Shown: positions 31,399 through 42,507 of the stretch, one piece after another | Layout: every line of letters starts with the position of its first letter | Numbering within the stretch: position 1 is the stretch's first letter | The notes under the pieces: generated by a model | Databases searched by the model: none | Told to the model about the DNA's origin: nothing | What the model saw: only the letters and a program-made list of their open reading frames with translations | Made by a program: the position numbers and the translations under genes | DNA from: Nitrosopumilus sp. | Lineage (GTDB): Archaea; Thermoproteota; Nitrososphaeria; Nitrososphaerales; Nitrosopumilaceae | DNA length: 64,000 nucleotides | Assembly (NCBI GenBank): GCA_965224195.1 | Contig: OZ245040.1 | Location: 864,001-928,000 of the forward strand | Direction of reading: 5' to 3'

Positions 31399-31821
31399 TT
31401 ATACTAAATTATTAGCATTTGGGATTACTTTGTAAATTTTTACAGTATAATCTCCTTCAAAGATATTTACAAATTCCCCTGAATTGGAATCCAAACTTCT
31501 AACTCTGAATTTGTATTCATAAGAGCCATCTCCTTTAGTATCTACTTGTGCAAAGTGAACTGGATCTTCTCCTTTGTAAAATTGAATAATTATTGGATAT
31601 CTTTCAGAAACATCTGATGCTTCTCCTCTCACTGTTCCCCATGGCAGTTTGTTATCTTCTGGAACATTCATTGCTGTAATTGTTTTTTCCAAACTAATCT
31701 CCTCATTAATTGGTGTAACTGTAATTTGGTTTGATTCAGCAGAAATATTTCCTGGAATCGTCATGACTCCTAATACTGTCATGATTGATGCAATTAGCAA
31801 AATGTTTGATTTTGAACTCAT
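31399..31821 (-). CDS. secreted hypothetical protein
   Basis: Signal peptide plus beta-rich domain. Confidence 0.75.
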   Translation of the reverse strand: MSSKSNILLIASIMTVLGVMTIPGNISAESNQITVTPINEEISLEKTITAMNVPEDNKLPWGTVRGEASDVSERYPIIIQFYKGEDPVHFAQVDTKGDGSYEYKFRVRSLDSNSGEFVNIFEGDYTVKIYKVIPNANNLV

Positions 31822-31887
31822 ACTATCTTCGTTTTTTCAAAGTCATTTAAAAAATTTGTTATTAATTTGTACTAGTTTTGTTCCTAG

Positions 31888-32019
31888 TTATGGTAATTCA
31901 TCTTCCAAGTCACAACATGCTTTGTGAACCCATTGATCTTTAGAGTTTTTTAGAATATCTTTACCTGCTTTTATGATATCGCCACATTCAACACATTTTC
32001 CGGTAAATCTGGCTTTCAT
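31888..32019 (-). CDS. small zinc-finger protein (43 aa)
   Basis: MKARFTGKCVECG...WVHKAC. Confidence 0.7.
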   Translation of the reverse strand: MKARFTGKCVECGDIIKAGKDILKNSKDQWVHKACCDLEDELP

Positions 32020-32589
32020 AATGTTGGATTGATTTTGATCCCTTTAAACTAGCCTCATTATGATATACTGGTAAAATCATCCAAAAAATATCGAGATCTT
32101 ATCAAAAATAATATGTCTATTCCCTTTAGAGTTAGTTGTTAGGAGAAATGGTGATTATAATTGCTTAGTGAAGAGGATCTTATTGCACGTATTTTGAAAA
32201 TAAAACAACTCAAAGAAAATTGCTTCAAATATCTTGAAGAAAGTTCAAACCAATTATTAACTCAAAAAATCCTTTTTGCAATTTCAGAATTAACTGCTGA
32301 AGAAATGGGTCCTGTAAAACTATCTCAAATTGCTCAAAAGACAACTGGTGAGAAGGACAAATTAAAACAAGATTTAGTTCGATTGACAATTGAAAAGTCT
32401 CTTTTAAAATGTAGTCTAGTTGAGAAATTAAAATATGCATCAAATGATGTGAGGTATATTCTAACAGCATATCAATTTCAGAAAATTAAAGAAATTGATA
32501 GTTTTAGAGATGAGAGTTCTCAGCCTTTGGGTGATGTATTTCAAATATCTAAAAACACTTGGCCAATCTCTGATAATTTTTATCTACTA

Positions 32590-33655
32590 GATAAGTTGTG
32601 CAATTAGTCCAATTTGAGTATAATCTCAACATTTTCTAATCATAAGATCCAAAGCTAAGGCTGAATTATTTTCAATTCATGTTTAATTGCACAAACTGGC
32701 AAAAAAACCAAAGCAATTCCTGCCAATAGCAGGACTGACTGTTCCACAGTTTGATTCCCTATACAAGGAAACAAAGAAAAATTGCAAAACTGCAGAACAA
32801 AAGGGACTGTCCAAAAACAGAGAAAGGGACATTGGTGCAGGACACAAGTTTGACTTGTCCTTCAAAGGCAGAATTCTAATGTTTTTCATGTACTACAGAA
32901 TGTACACAACATATGACATGCCAGGGATGACATTTGATTTGGACAAACCAAACGTAATGAGAAACATCGGATGTTTGGAGCCTGCAGTGAAGCAGTCCAT
33001 TGTAATTGCTGCCAAAAAATATGCAGACTCAAAAGAGATTAACGGCATGCAGGAACTGCAAGAATTCTTTCCGGAATTAATTGCAATCACTGATGGCACA
33101 GAACAGCCCATCCCAAGACCAAAAAACAAAAAGAAAAGAAAGGCACACCATTCAGGCAAAAAGAAAAAGCATGCAGTACAAAATCAAATCGCCATAAATC
33201 TTGATGGGATAACAATCCACAAATCTGCACATTCGCCTGGCAGCCATCATGATTACAGAATTTACAAATCAAAGCATCCAACATTATCTGAAGGGTTGCT
33301 GCAGTTTTATGATCCTGGATATTTGGGGATGGAAAAAGACTTTCCAGAACAGGCAAGTGTTTTGCCATACAAGAAAAAGAAAGGAAAAAAATTGACTGTT
33401 ACTCAAAAGGAGTGGAACAAGATGCAGTCAAAAATTAGAATAAAAGTTGAACGTGCTATTGCACAAGTCAGGCAATTTCGGATAAATCGCGATGTGTTTA
33501 GAAACAAATTATGCAGATATGATGTGACAAGTGAAATTGTTTGTGGGACTGTCAGTTTCAAGATTAAATGGAAAGAAGAATTCATTGCAATTCCATAAAA
33601 TTAAAAATTAAATGATAGAAAAGTTAGATTTTTGTTTGTAATTACGCAACTCATC
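32590..33655 (+). mobile_element. IS5-family insertion sequence (DDE_Tnp_4 type)
   Basis: Imperfect TIRs GATAAGTTGTGCAATTA / TAATTACGCAACTCATC; flanking TACTA duplication. Confidence 0.88.
32687..33598 (+). CDS. transposase (IS5 family)
   Basis: TDGTEQPIPRP, HSGKKK, YDPGY, RIKVERAI. Confidence 0.9.
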   Translation: MHKLAKKPKQFLPIAGLTVPQFDSLYKETKKNCKTAEQKGLSKNRERDIGAGHKFDLSFKGRILMFFMYYRMYTTYDMPGMTFDLDKPNVMRNIGCLEPAVKQSIVIAAKKYADSKEINGMQELQEFFPELIAITDGTEQPIPRPKNKKKRKAHHSGKKKKHAVQNQIAINLDGITIHKSAHSPGSHHDYRIYKSKHPTLSEGLLQFYDPGYLGMEKDFPEQASVLPYKKKKGKKLTVTQKEWNKMQSKIRIKVERAIAQVRQFRINRDVFRNKLCRYDVTSEIVCGTVSFKIKWKEEFIAIP

Positions 33656-33839
33656 TACTATTAGCTAAAAAACATGGATATGAACAATCTTTAAAAAAAT
33701 TACATTCAGATTTTAATGGAGATATAATTCCACGTGGAAAATATGAAACTCTAAACAGTGAATATGCCAAATATTTGGATCAAATAAATGAAAAATTAGA
33801 TTCTACTTATTCTGGACTAGAAACATTGGTGATGACTGA

Positions 33840-35020
33840 ATGAAATTACTAGTAATTCTTGGTTTAGTTTTGCTTAGTTTTGTTTTGATGAATTATTCTA
33901 ATGATTTGGTGTATGCTCAATTTTCAAATCAGAATACTCTCAATGTAATCTTTGAAAATAATGTTTCTCCTTCATATGAAATGCCTCTAGTTCCAGGACA
34001 AACATTCACTCTAACTCAAAATCACTCTTGGGTTAATGATGAAACAAGTAGGTATAATCTTGAATCATATACTCTTGATGGTGAGAAAGTAAAAATTTCT
34101 AGAACTGCATGAGGAGATTTCACATTGAATATCTCAACTGATTCATCTCATGAAGTAGTCCTTTCAGCTGTACAACAATATGCCCTAAGTGTAGAGGGAA
34201 CAAATGATTCCTCTTTTCTTCCATCTTCTCCAACTAATGATAACTGGTTTGATGCAGGCTCTGAAGTATCATCATGTAAGAATCGAATAACAATTTTTTT
34301 TGTTTTAAATGATAACTGGTTTGATGCAGGCTCTGAAGTATCAGTTAACGTGCAAAAAACAACAGAAATTGAACCAAACAAGGTAGGACAAGAGATAACT
34401 GGCTGGTCATTAGACAAGGCAGAGTTTTGGGAAATAGATGATAATGGAAATACATCATTTACCACTCCTCCTGTATCTCTAAATGAATATCATTAGGTGA
34501 TTTCTTTGTTGCATATCAATACAAACTCAATGTAATTTCTGAATCTGGTGAAACTACTGGAAGTGGTTGGTATGAGCAGGGAATTACTGTCCCAATTGGA
34601 ATTGATGCAGGTGGAGATGGATTGGTGTTAAATTCTGTATCTGGATGGGATGGTGCAGATGTGACATATGATGGAAATATTGTCCAAGTGTTCATTGATG
34701 GTTCCGTAACTGTTTCAGCTAAAGTTGAAAAAAATTATTCTCTAATAATTGGAATGATTGTTATTCCAATATTGGTTATTGGTGTTGTTGGGTATAGAAA
34801 ATTCAAGAATAGACCTCCTATAGTAATTGAGAAGCCTGTTGAGCGAATTGTAGAAAAAGTCATAGAAAGAGTAGAGGCTCCGGAGAAAAAATATGAAGAT
34901 GGGTATGATAACAAACTCTCAGAATATTTATCAGAACAAATTCAATCAAAACTAGATGAGATGCTTTCATCTAAAATTATCTCTGAAACAAAATATTCAA
35001 AGATTAAAGAAACTCTATGA
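33840..35020 (+). pseudogene. secreted membrane-anchored protein, fragmented
   Basis: Signal peptide to C-terminal TM split by stops/frameshift across three ORFs. Confidence 0.75.
34236..34343. repeat. unit C: 36-bp direct repeat, 36-bp insert
   Basis: AATGATAACTGGTTTGATGCAGGCTCTGAAGTATCA at 34236-34271 and 34308-34343. Confidence 0.95.
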
Positions 35021-35077
35021 TCTCTTAAAAAATATCTGCAAAAATTTAAAATAAATTTAAGTTGGTATTTTTTTCTA

Positions 35078-36205
35078 CTACCAACATGAGTTCTGAGTAC
35101 CAGTTACCAATCCAGATGTAATACTACATGTTCCTGTGTTGGTTCCTATGAGCAATAGATCTCCACTTATCGAATTTGCAAGACCATCTATCAAAACATT
35201 TTGAGAATCTGTAATCTTAACAGTACTGCCAAATGTGTTGCCCGTAATGGTTATGTTTTGAGAATCAAAAATTTCCATTCCACTATCAATATCACTATTG
35301 GTAATTATCACTGGGTTTGAACTTGTTTCATCATTAACCTTGACAGCTCCATCAATGTCTGCACCGTTGATAGTAATTGAATTACTTCCACTCTCTGTAA
35401 TAACGTCGGATGAAACTCGTGAACCACTTTCCATTACAAGAGTTCCGCCTTGCATTTTGACGCTGCCAGTAACTGTACCGGTTCCTGTAATTAACCATGA
35501 TTGACCACTTGGAATATTCAAATCGCCACTGTGGGTTCCTGAAACAGTACCATCATATGCAGAATTTGTCGTAATACTTACTTGATCAGTATTCTGCAAT
35601 CCAGGAGTGCCATCATCAGTAACCGTTAATTCAAATACGTATGTCTTTGTGCTACCTGGAGTTGGGGAATCAAATGATGAATTTACAGTATCGTCATTGT
35701 TTAGTGTAAGGGTTTCTCCGTCAGCATCAATTATAGCCCAAGAGTATGTTGCAATTGCACTATCATCAGATGAACCTGTACCATCAAGATTCACAGTTAC
35801 TCCTTCTGTAACTGATTGATCAGGACCTGCATCTGCAGTTGGTGCATTATTTACACCTACATCATTTACTGTAATATCTACTGTATCTGCAGTAGATGAA
35901 TCACCATCATCATCAGTAACTATTAGTGAGAATGTCAAGGTTTCAGCATCTGCACCATTAGCTGGTGCAGTAAAGCTTGGGTGTGATGCGGTATTATCAG
36001 GAGATAATGTTACTGTAGTTCCTGCAGTTTGACTCCATGCATATGTGTCAACTGTTCCATCTGAATCACTTGATCCTAAACCAGTAAGATTGACAGCATC
36101 TCCTTCTGTAACTGATTGATCAGGACCTGCGTTTGAAGTTGGTGCATTATTTGCAGGAGGTGCACAGCCTGATAATTCATTACTTCCACTAATTTGATTT
36201 CCAGA
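35078..36205 (-). pseudogene. PKD-repeat surface protein with beta-helix tail, 5'-truncated
   Basis: Two NNAPT(A/S)xAGPDQSVTEG repeats; frame runs up to the 36200 junction with no start or signal peptide. Confidence 0.75.
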
Positions 36206-36423
36206 TACACCAAAGTTTGATATTTAGAATACTGCATGTTCATAACAGATGCAACAGCGCATGAAAAGTCAAAGTCCCAGATTATGCTGAAAATCGTAGT
36301 TTTAAGATCGGTTAATTATAAGCGATCTAATACAATAACAAAAAATACTCGCACTGTATCAATGTGGTATAATACTTGCGATTTAAGATCAGATATATCA
36401 AAGATATATCATACTATAATATT

Positions 36424-38496
36424 ATGAAACCTCATCTCTTGGCAGCAGTAGTATTGTTTTCTGCTGTATTGCTATTCCCTGCCAATGCATTTGCAAATAA
36501 TTATCTGCCAGGAGATGATAATACTGATACGTTTACTGGAAACAACGAGTTTGCAGATGACCATCCAGATTATACAAAGGATGGCAACTGGGAGACAAAT
36601 GAGACCGCCCTCAAAGAAGCTCACTCTGAAATAACAAATCTAATGACAACCCAAAACGATACCCCACTAGAACAGTATACGGGGCCTGACATCCCACTTA
36701 CAATGGTGTACATCGACGATGATACGCTGGTTGTGGGTCTTGACACGATGGCTGCATACTTTGATGTTCCAATAGAGCCAGAATATCTGCAGTTCTTTTT
36801 GGGCATAGATGAGCCAGTTGAGATAAAATATGTAGAGTTTCAGCCAGAGTCACATTCATCCCAAGACAGGATAAAACAATGGCAGGACAGGTACAAAACC
36901 TCCTGTATGCCAGTAAAGGCTGGATACCAAAAGGTATGTGAGATATACAAAAGAACTATGATGCAACTTCATGTGCCAATACCTGCTACTACAACTACTA
37001 CACCTACCACACCTGTAGTTGCACCTCCTACACAAACCACAACACCTTGTGATGACAGCCCAAAAAGCAATACATGCTATTACTACAAGCTGTACCAGGA
37101 CAGATGTACTGAGGGCAAAACGTACAAGCGATGTGGCACGTATGCAACTATGATCAAAAACGCAGGATATGATCTGCCTACTAGTAGCGGAACTGTACCA
37201 ACACCAGTACCAACACCAGTACCAACATACGAACTACAAAATATTAAAACGATAAAGTCTGGTGATTCCATAAGGGTATCCTGGGATGCGCCATCTGACT
37301 TTACCGTAAAATACTACAAGATGTATGTATCTGAGAATGGTGGATATGCTGCATACAAGGGTAAGATAACAAACACTGCCACATCTTACACGCTATCTGG
37401 TGTGCAAGAAGGTAAAGAGTACAAGTTTAAGATAAAAATGTACTATACTAATCAGCAAGGCAGTACAAGCATCAAGTATTTCTACTCTGATGTTGTTAGT
37501 GTACCGGTAACCACACCAACATGTACTGGCTCGCAAATACTGCAAGGTAACGTATGTGTTGATAGATGTCCAGCTAGTAATGAGGAGTGGCGCAACGGCA
37601 TGTGTATTGTGGTGTCATGTCCTATAGGCCAAGTGATACAGAACAATGTTTGTATAACAGTACTAAAGCCAGTTGTGATTACACCACCTATACAACAATG
37701 TAATGTACCCTCTAATGGAACACAGACACAATCTGGTCTAAGCTGTTTATTGGGTATGAGTAGTGGTATATTACGTGGTGGAGAACCAATTCAAATAACA
37801 GGTAATGATGTCGGTTCACCTTCAATATTAAACTTACCTGCTGAAGGTACAGTTGGTATTGTTTTAGAACACAACAACACAAATGTAATGCTCACAAACT
37901 CACATGTAGTACATGCATTTAGAAACGTTGATAGTATATGGTTTTCTGCATTAGAGTTTCCATTTGGAAAAGAAATTGGTGATGTAATTGCAGATTCAAA
38001 TTACCATCTATTAAATACAATGTATACTGATGCAGCACTTGTATCCATTACTGATGATACCATAGTTGCACATGCTAACGAGATAAGATATAATGATGAT
38101 ATTCTCAATGTCACAGATTATGGCAATTACCATGATCTAGATATTGGTCATGAGTTATACATTGCTGGCAGACATAATGATGGTTTTGGTGGACTAGCAT
38201 ATTACAATGCGACTATTGTAATTGCTGTAGAGAATAAACCCAATACACATGTAACCCTTAAAAATATGGGTGTAGGTTCCTATCCTAGTCAAGGTGGAGA
38301 TAGTGGTGCACCTATATTCACTAATAATACTGATGGTACTGCTACCTTTATGGGCATGCATGTAGGACAAGGATGTGCAATAATGTTAGAAAAACAAAAT
38401 GATCGACTAATAGATTTTGGCAACTGTGCTGAACCACCGTTTAAGTTATTTACCCCTTGGGTGAATATTAAAGCAGAGTTTGGACTACAAAACTAA
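36424..38496 (+). CDS. secreted multidomain trypsin-like (S1) serine protease with FN3 and Cys-rich regions
   Basis: Signal peptide MKPHLLAAVVLFS; FN3 VSWDAP...YKFKI; triad TNSH / TDAAL / GGDSGAP. Confidence 0.85.
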   Translation: MKPHLLAAVVLFSAVLLFPANAFANNYLPGDDNTDTFTGNNEFADDHPDYTKDGNWETNETALKEAHSEITNLMTTQNDTPLEQYTGPDIPLTMVYIDDDTLVVGLDTMAAYFDVPIEPEYLQFFLGIDEPVEIKYVEFQPESHSSQDRIKQWQDRYKTSCMPVKAGYQKVCEIYKRTMMQLHVPIPATTTTTPTTPVVAPPTQTTTPCDDSPKSNTCYYYKLYQDRCTEGKTYKRCGTYATMIKNAGYDLPTSSGTVPTPVPTPVPTYELQNIKTIKSGDSIRVSWDAPSDFTVKYYKMYVSENGGYAAYKGKITNTATSYTLSGVQEGKEYKFKIKMYYTNQQGSTSIKYFYSDVVSVPVTTPTCTGSQILQGNVCVDRCPASNEEWRNGMCIVVSCPIGQVIQNNVCITVLKPVVITPPIQQCNVPSNGTQTQSGLSCLLGMSSGILRGGEPIQITGNDVGSPSILNLPAEGTVGIVLEHNNTNVMLTNSHVVHAFRNVDSIWFSALEFPFGKEIGDVIADSNYHLLNTMYTDAALVSITDDTIVAHANEIRYNDDILNVTDYGNYHDLDIGHELYIAGRHNDGFGGLAYYNATIVIAVENKPNTHVTLKNMGVGSYPSQGGDSGAPIFTNNTDGTATFMGMHVGQGCAIMLEKQNDRLIDFGNCAEPPFKLFTPWVNIKAEFGLQN

Positions 38497-38776
38497 AAAG
38501 ATCATTATTCCTCTTTTTTCTTTGTATGTAGTTTTGTCATTATTAATTATAATATGGTTTTACGATGATAAAGACTTGTCTAAATGGTTGCCTGAACTAC
38601 AGAATTTTTACACTGCAATAAACAAGGATGAACAATTTATGTCGCATTGTTGTGAAGATGATAACCTATGTATAATACATCCACCTCCACATTATAATTC
38701 TATAACTGTGGATGCTGAAATTTGTGAGTTTATTGAAAAAAAACGATATGAAATGACACCTACAAAGTTACAGTGA
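38480..38776 (+). CDS. membrane-anchored Cys-containing protein
   Basis: N-terminal TM; overlaps protease stop. Confidence 0.6.
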   Translation: MDYKTKKIIIPLFSLYVVLSLLIIIWFYDDKDLSKWLPELQNFYTAINKDEQFMSHCCEDDNLCIIHPPPHYNSITVDAEICEFIEKKRYEMTPTKLQ

Positions 38777-38800
38777 TCATACTATACCGTACACCTTGGC

Positions 38801-39424
38801 ATGATAACATCAGGCCATGCTGTAATACTTGAGGTTGATCAAAGACTACGCCATTATAGTCTTGGCAATTCAACCCATATCACAATGTTTACTGATGCAG
38901 TTGCAACAGCTATAGACTCTGGTAATGTTGATGCGGCATTTACGTCGGTAACTGATCCTGACATTGTTATTAATAATGATAAGATTGAAACTGCCAATGG
39001 CACACTAATCGATGTAATTGAAGGCTCTCTATTTGATGTTGACATTGAACAACCTTTGTCTGTATTTGGCATATATAGTGAGACTACTAATGGTATGTTG
39101 TTGTTTAACAACGCATCATTTAGTTTCATTCATAATGATGGTACAAGTGATATGTTTTTCAACATGGGTATTGGTTACTACAACAGTACTGGTGGTGATA
39201 GTGGGGCTCCTGTGATTTATAATGCAGAGAACGGTACAAACTATTTGATAGGTATACATAAAGGAACAATGTGTAATTTTGATCACAATCTCTTAAATGA
39301 CCAACTTATTCCCCCTATCACTACTACTCTTTGTAATGGTAATGATGTTGATGATGCTGTCAACGACGTCTATAGAGTGTTTAGCGCATGGGAAAATGTA
39401 AAGACTGCGTTTAGTCTACGATAA
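38801..39424 (+). CDS. orphan trypsin-like protease domain (no N-terminus)
   Basis: TSGH / VDAAF / GGDSGAP; no signal peptide. Confidence 0.75.
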   Translation: MITSGHAVILEVDQRLRHYSLGNSTHITMFTDAVATAIDSGNVDAAFTSVTDPDIVINNDKIETANGTLIDVIEGSLFDVDIEQPLSVFGIYSETTNGMLLFNNASFSFIHNDGTSDMFFNMGIGYYNSTGGDSGAPVIYNAENGTNYLIGIHKGTMCNFDHNLLNDQLIPPITTTLCNGNDVDDAVNDVYRVFSAWENVKTAFSLR

Positions 39425-39430
39425 TATAAT

Positions 39431-40003
39431 ATGTATTATAAAATACCATTAATTGCATCCCTAATCATATTAATTATAATTATTGTAGTATTATTTGCAT
39501 ATATTGAGAATAATTATCAGAAGACGTCTGAAGATCTAGTGCCACAAACATGTGCCACAATACAACCTGTAATGACGGCGTTGTATGATGAAAATTATGG
39601 GCAAGGACTTGATATAGCATGTAGTTATGAGGATCCAACAAGACCATTAAACATGACAATTTGTCAGTATGATCATACCTTATCCAAACGGATCTGTGGT
39701 GTAGAAATAACTGGTACCATGGTGCCAACATCATGTCCTGAAAACGATCTTACAACATATATCACACCACCACCATATGAAATTTGCTATAAAACCCCTA
39801 GTGGTGATGATGCACTAAAACATGCAGACATGATTTACCAAGAATGTCTGTCTGAGTGGTATGATTATTACATACCAGAATTCAAAGATGCATATTTGGA
39901 ATTAAGACGTACTGCCACAATAGATGTACGTGTTGATCATGCAAATTTTACAACACTTGAGGATTATTTGAAAGGACATTGTGAATTATTATATGGTGAG
40001 TAA
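39431..40003 (+). CDS. membrane-anchored Cys-rich protein
   Basis: N-terminal TM, eight Cys. Confidence 0.7.
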   Translation: MYYKIPLIASLIILIIIIVVLFAYIENNYQKTSEDLVPQTCATIQPVMTALYDENYGQGLDIACSYEDPTRPLNMTICQYDHTLSKRICGVEITGTMVPTSCPENDLTTYITPPPYEICYKTPSGDDALKHADMIYQECLSEWYDYYIPEFKDAYLELRRTATIDVRVDHANFTTLEDYLKGHCELLYGE

Positions 40004-40998
40004 TATACAGTGAAAAATTAAAAAATCCTATTTAATTAGTTTGGTGATTATTATCCTCTCCCAGCCCAATTAATATTGATAGTTATTTCTATATTTTTTC
40101 TATCCATATCAGTACTGATGTCTTTTGCAATTAAAAAAAGTTGTAGGTTCTATCCTTGGAAAAACATTATATCAGAGTTGGATCTTGAGCCTTAGTACAC
40201 TACAAGCTTCATTAATCGTTGGTCTTTCTGTTTATTTTGGATCTATAACAATAACTGTTTTTATTGCATATCTATACATACATCTACAACTGATTGCATA
40301 TGAATAAAAAAATCGTTATTGCTGTTGGGATGGGTTCGTTTCTTTTGTACTGCCTTACCCTTTATGCATGGAGTTTGATAGTTGAGGAGGTTAGTCAGAA
40401 CCCAAGATTTGATTAACAATACCTAAGAATATTATAATCTCGATAAAGGAGTTAAGTAATGCCCATTAGTACTGTAAAAGCATCTATATTAGTTGGTGTT
40501 TTGGTATTTGTTGCATCTTTTGGGTTGTTAATGCTAATTTCATATATCTCTTAAATCATGAATAAGAAAATTGTAATTATTGTAGGTGTTGTGTTTTTAT
40601 TGCATTTTGGTTAATCGTTATTGGCCTGTTAACAGCTGCAATGTATAACTCTATGCCCACATTTGACATACCGTAACAGCTACAACTGCAACACCAATCA
40701 AAGTCAAAATTTTTGAAGACATAAGCTTCATACAGAAATTATAATGTCTAAGTTATTTAAAATATTATAATTAGAAAACTGAAATAAATCAACGAGGCAT
40801 GAAAATCAAACAATCTTCTTATATGTAATCAAGTGCAAGTATGGATTCACGGGATAGAGACAACTTTTATCAGCTGTTTTCCCACATTAGCACATTCTCA
40901 TGAATCTACTCTTGTCAAGGTGTTGCAAATATATTTTGATATTATAAACCATTAATCTGAAAATACGTTATTATCCAAGATGTAAAACTTGGCATATA

Positions 40999-41277
40999 TT
41001 GCCAAACTTTTATTTTGACATTGAGATTACTGGGCTTGACCCATCAGAACACGAAATCATAACCATACAGTATGTAGAACTAAATGATCAGACAGGCAAG
41101 CGTGAAGGTGACTTGAAGATACTAAAGTCATGGGAGCTTGGCGGTGAGAAAAACCTCCTACAAAAATTCACAGATGACACAGAGATATCCTCAGGAATTA
41201 AAACAATACAAAGAATCTTCATTTACAAATCATGGACCGTATCTTATGGTTTATTCAAACGGTACTGCAATGATTGA
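40999..41277 (+). pseudogene. DEDD/DnaQ-like 3'-5' exonuclease N-terminal fragment
   Basis: FYFDIEITGLDP...IITIQ ExoI motif; homology lost after about 65 aa. Confidence 0.6.
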
Positions 41278-41605
41278 TGAAAATGGATGTGCACTTTACA
41301 TAGACACTGACCAAGTTTGTCGTCATACAAATTACATGACACAGCTCAGATCTAGCTATCATTTTAATTGGCCTTAAAATTGAATAAAAAAATTGTAATT
41401 ATTATATTAGTAATTTTTCTTACATTTTGGATAGGCAATGTCTTAAGATCTTTGCCTTTTAAGAAACCTTGCAGCAATATCCTCAATTTCTGACATGTCT
41501 ATTCTTTCAGACTTTGGGTGATTCACTGCAATGTACTCATCAACTACAGCCCTGCCATTCTCTGGGAAATAATGAGATGTCAAGTCTTTTGCTCCTGCAA
41601 AGTTA

Positions 41606-42481
41606 TCCAGAATAGACCTCTAGTTATCCATGTAATTGCAGTTGCTGCAAATATTATTAGAACAATTTTTTCATTTCTATTCCAATTTCCAAGATTTTTT
41701 AATTCTTCAGTGATTATGTTTTTGTCTTGGAGTATTGGTTTTTTGTTATCCAATCTTGCAGAAGTTGTCATGTATATCCATAATGCTAAAAGAGAAACAA
41801 CACTAACTGGAACTCCTACTAACATCCAATCAAAGAAAATTATCTCTACTCCTGCAAGCGAATCACCTAGAGAAGCAAAAGTGCATTAGGTGCAGTGCCA
41901 ATCATAGTTGACAACCCTCCCAGACTAGCAGCATATGCAACACTGAGTATCAAACATGTTGCAAATCTTTTTTTCTGTGCAACATCTGTTTGTGATATTA
42001 CTGCAACTGCAATTGGAAGAATTAACAGAGTAGTTGCAGTATTTGTAATCCAGGTACTCATGTATCCTGTAACAATTATGAATCCCAAAATGATATTTTT
42101 TGGTTTTGTTCCAACAATTTTCAGAGTGTTAAATGCAAATCGCTTGTGAAGATTCACTTTTTCTATTGTCTTTGCAAGTAGAAATCCACCCATTAGCAAA
42201 AATACCAACTTGTCACCATATGCAGAAATTACTTTGTCAATATCTGCCACATTAAACAGTGGAAATACAAACAATGGAATTGATGCAGTAACATAAAATG
42301 GAATTGCCTCAGTGGCCCACCAAATTGCCATCCATACAGATAATCCTAAAACAAGCTTTGCCTCAAAGGCTAATCCATCAATAGGGTATGAGATGATAAT
42401 AGAAAATAGAATTGGAGATAGTACAAACCCTATAATTCGTAGTTTACTGTGTAATGGACTCCAATTATTAAAATTAATCAT
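41606..42481 (-). pseudogene. SLC13/DASS symporter N-terminal half
   Basis: WWATEAIP, ITNTAT, IGTAPN; frameshift near 41880; truncated at RGLFW. Confidence 0.85.
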
Positions 42482-42507
42482 TAAAACAATTCATCTCAGA
42501 ATTTTAT

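Larger units (their letters stand above)
32161..33843 (+). pseudogene. wHTH-like protein gene interrupted by IS
   Basis: Removing the IS and one TSD joins ...DNFYLL to LAKKHGYEQ...MTE* in frame. Confidence 0.8.
36200..41611. mobile_element. 5.4-kb inserted segment bounded by TCCAGA and two halves of one gene
   Basis: TCCAGA at 36200-36205 and 41606-41611; terminal fragments join in frame into a paralog of ORF 61924-62247. Confidence 0.55.
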
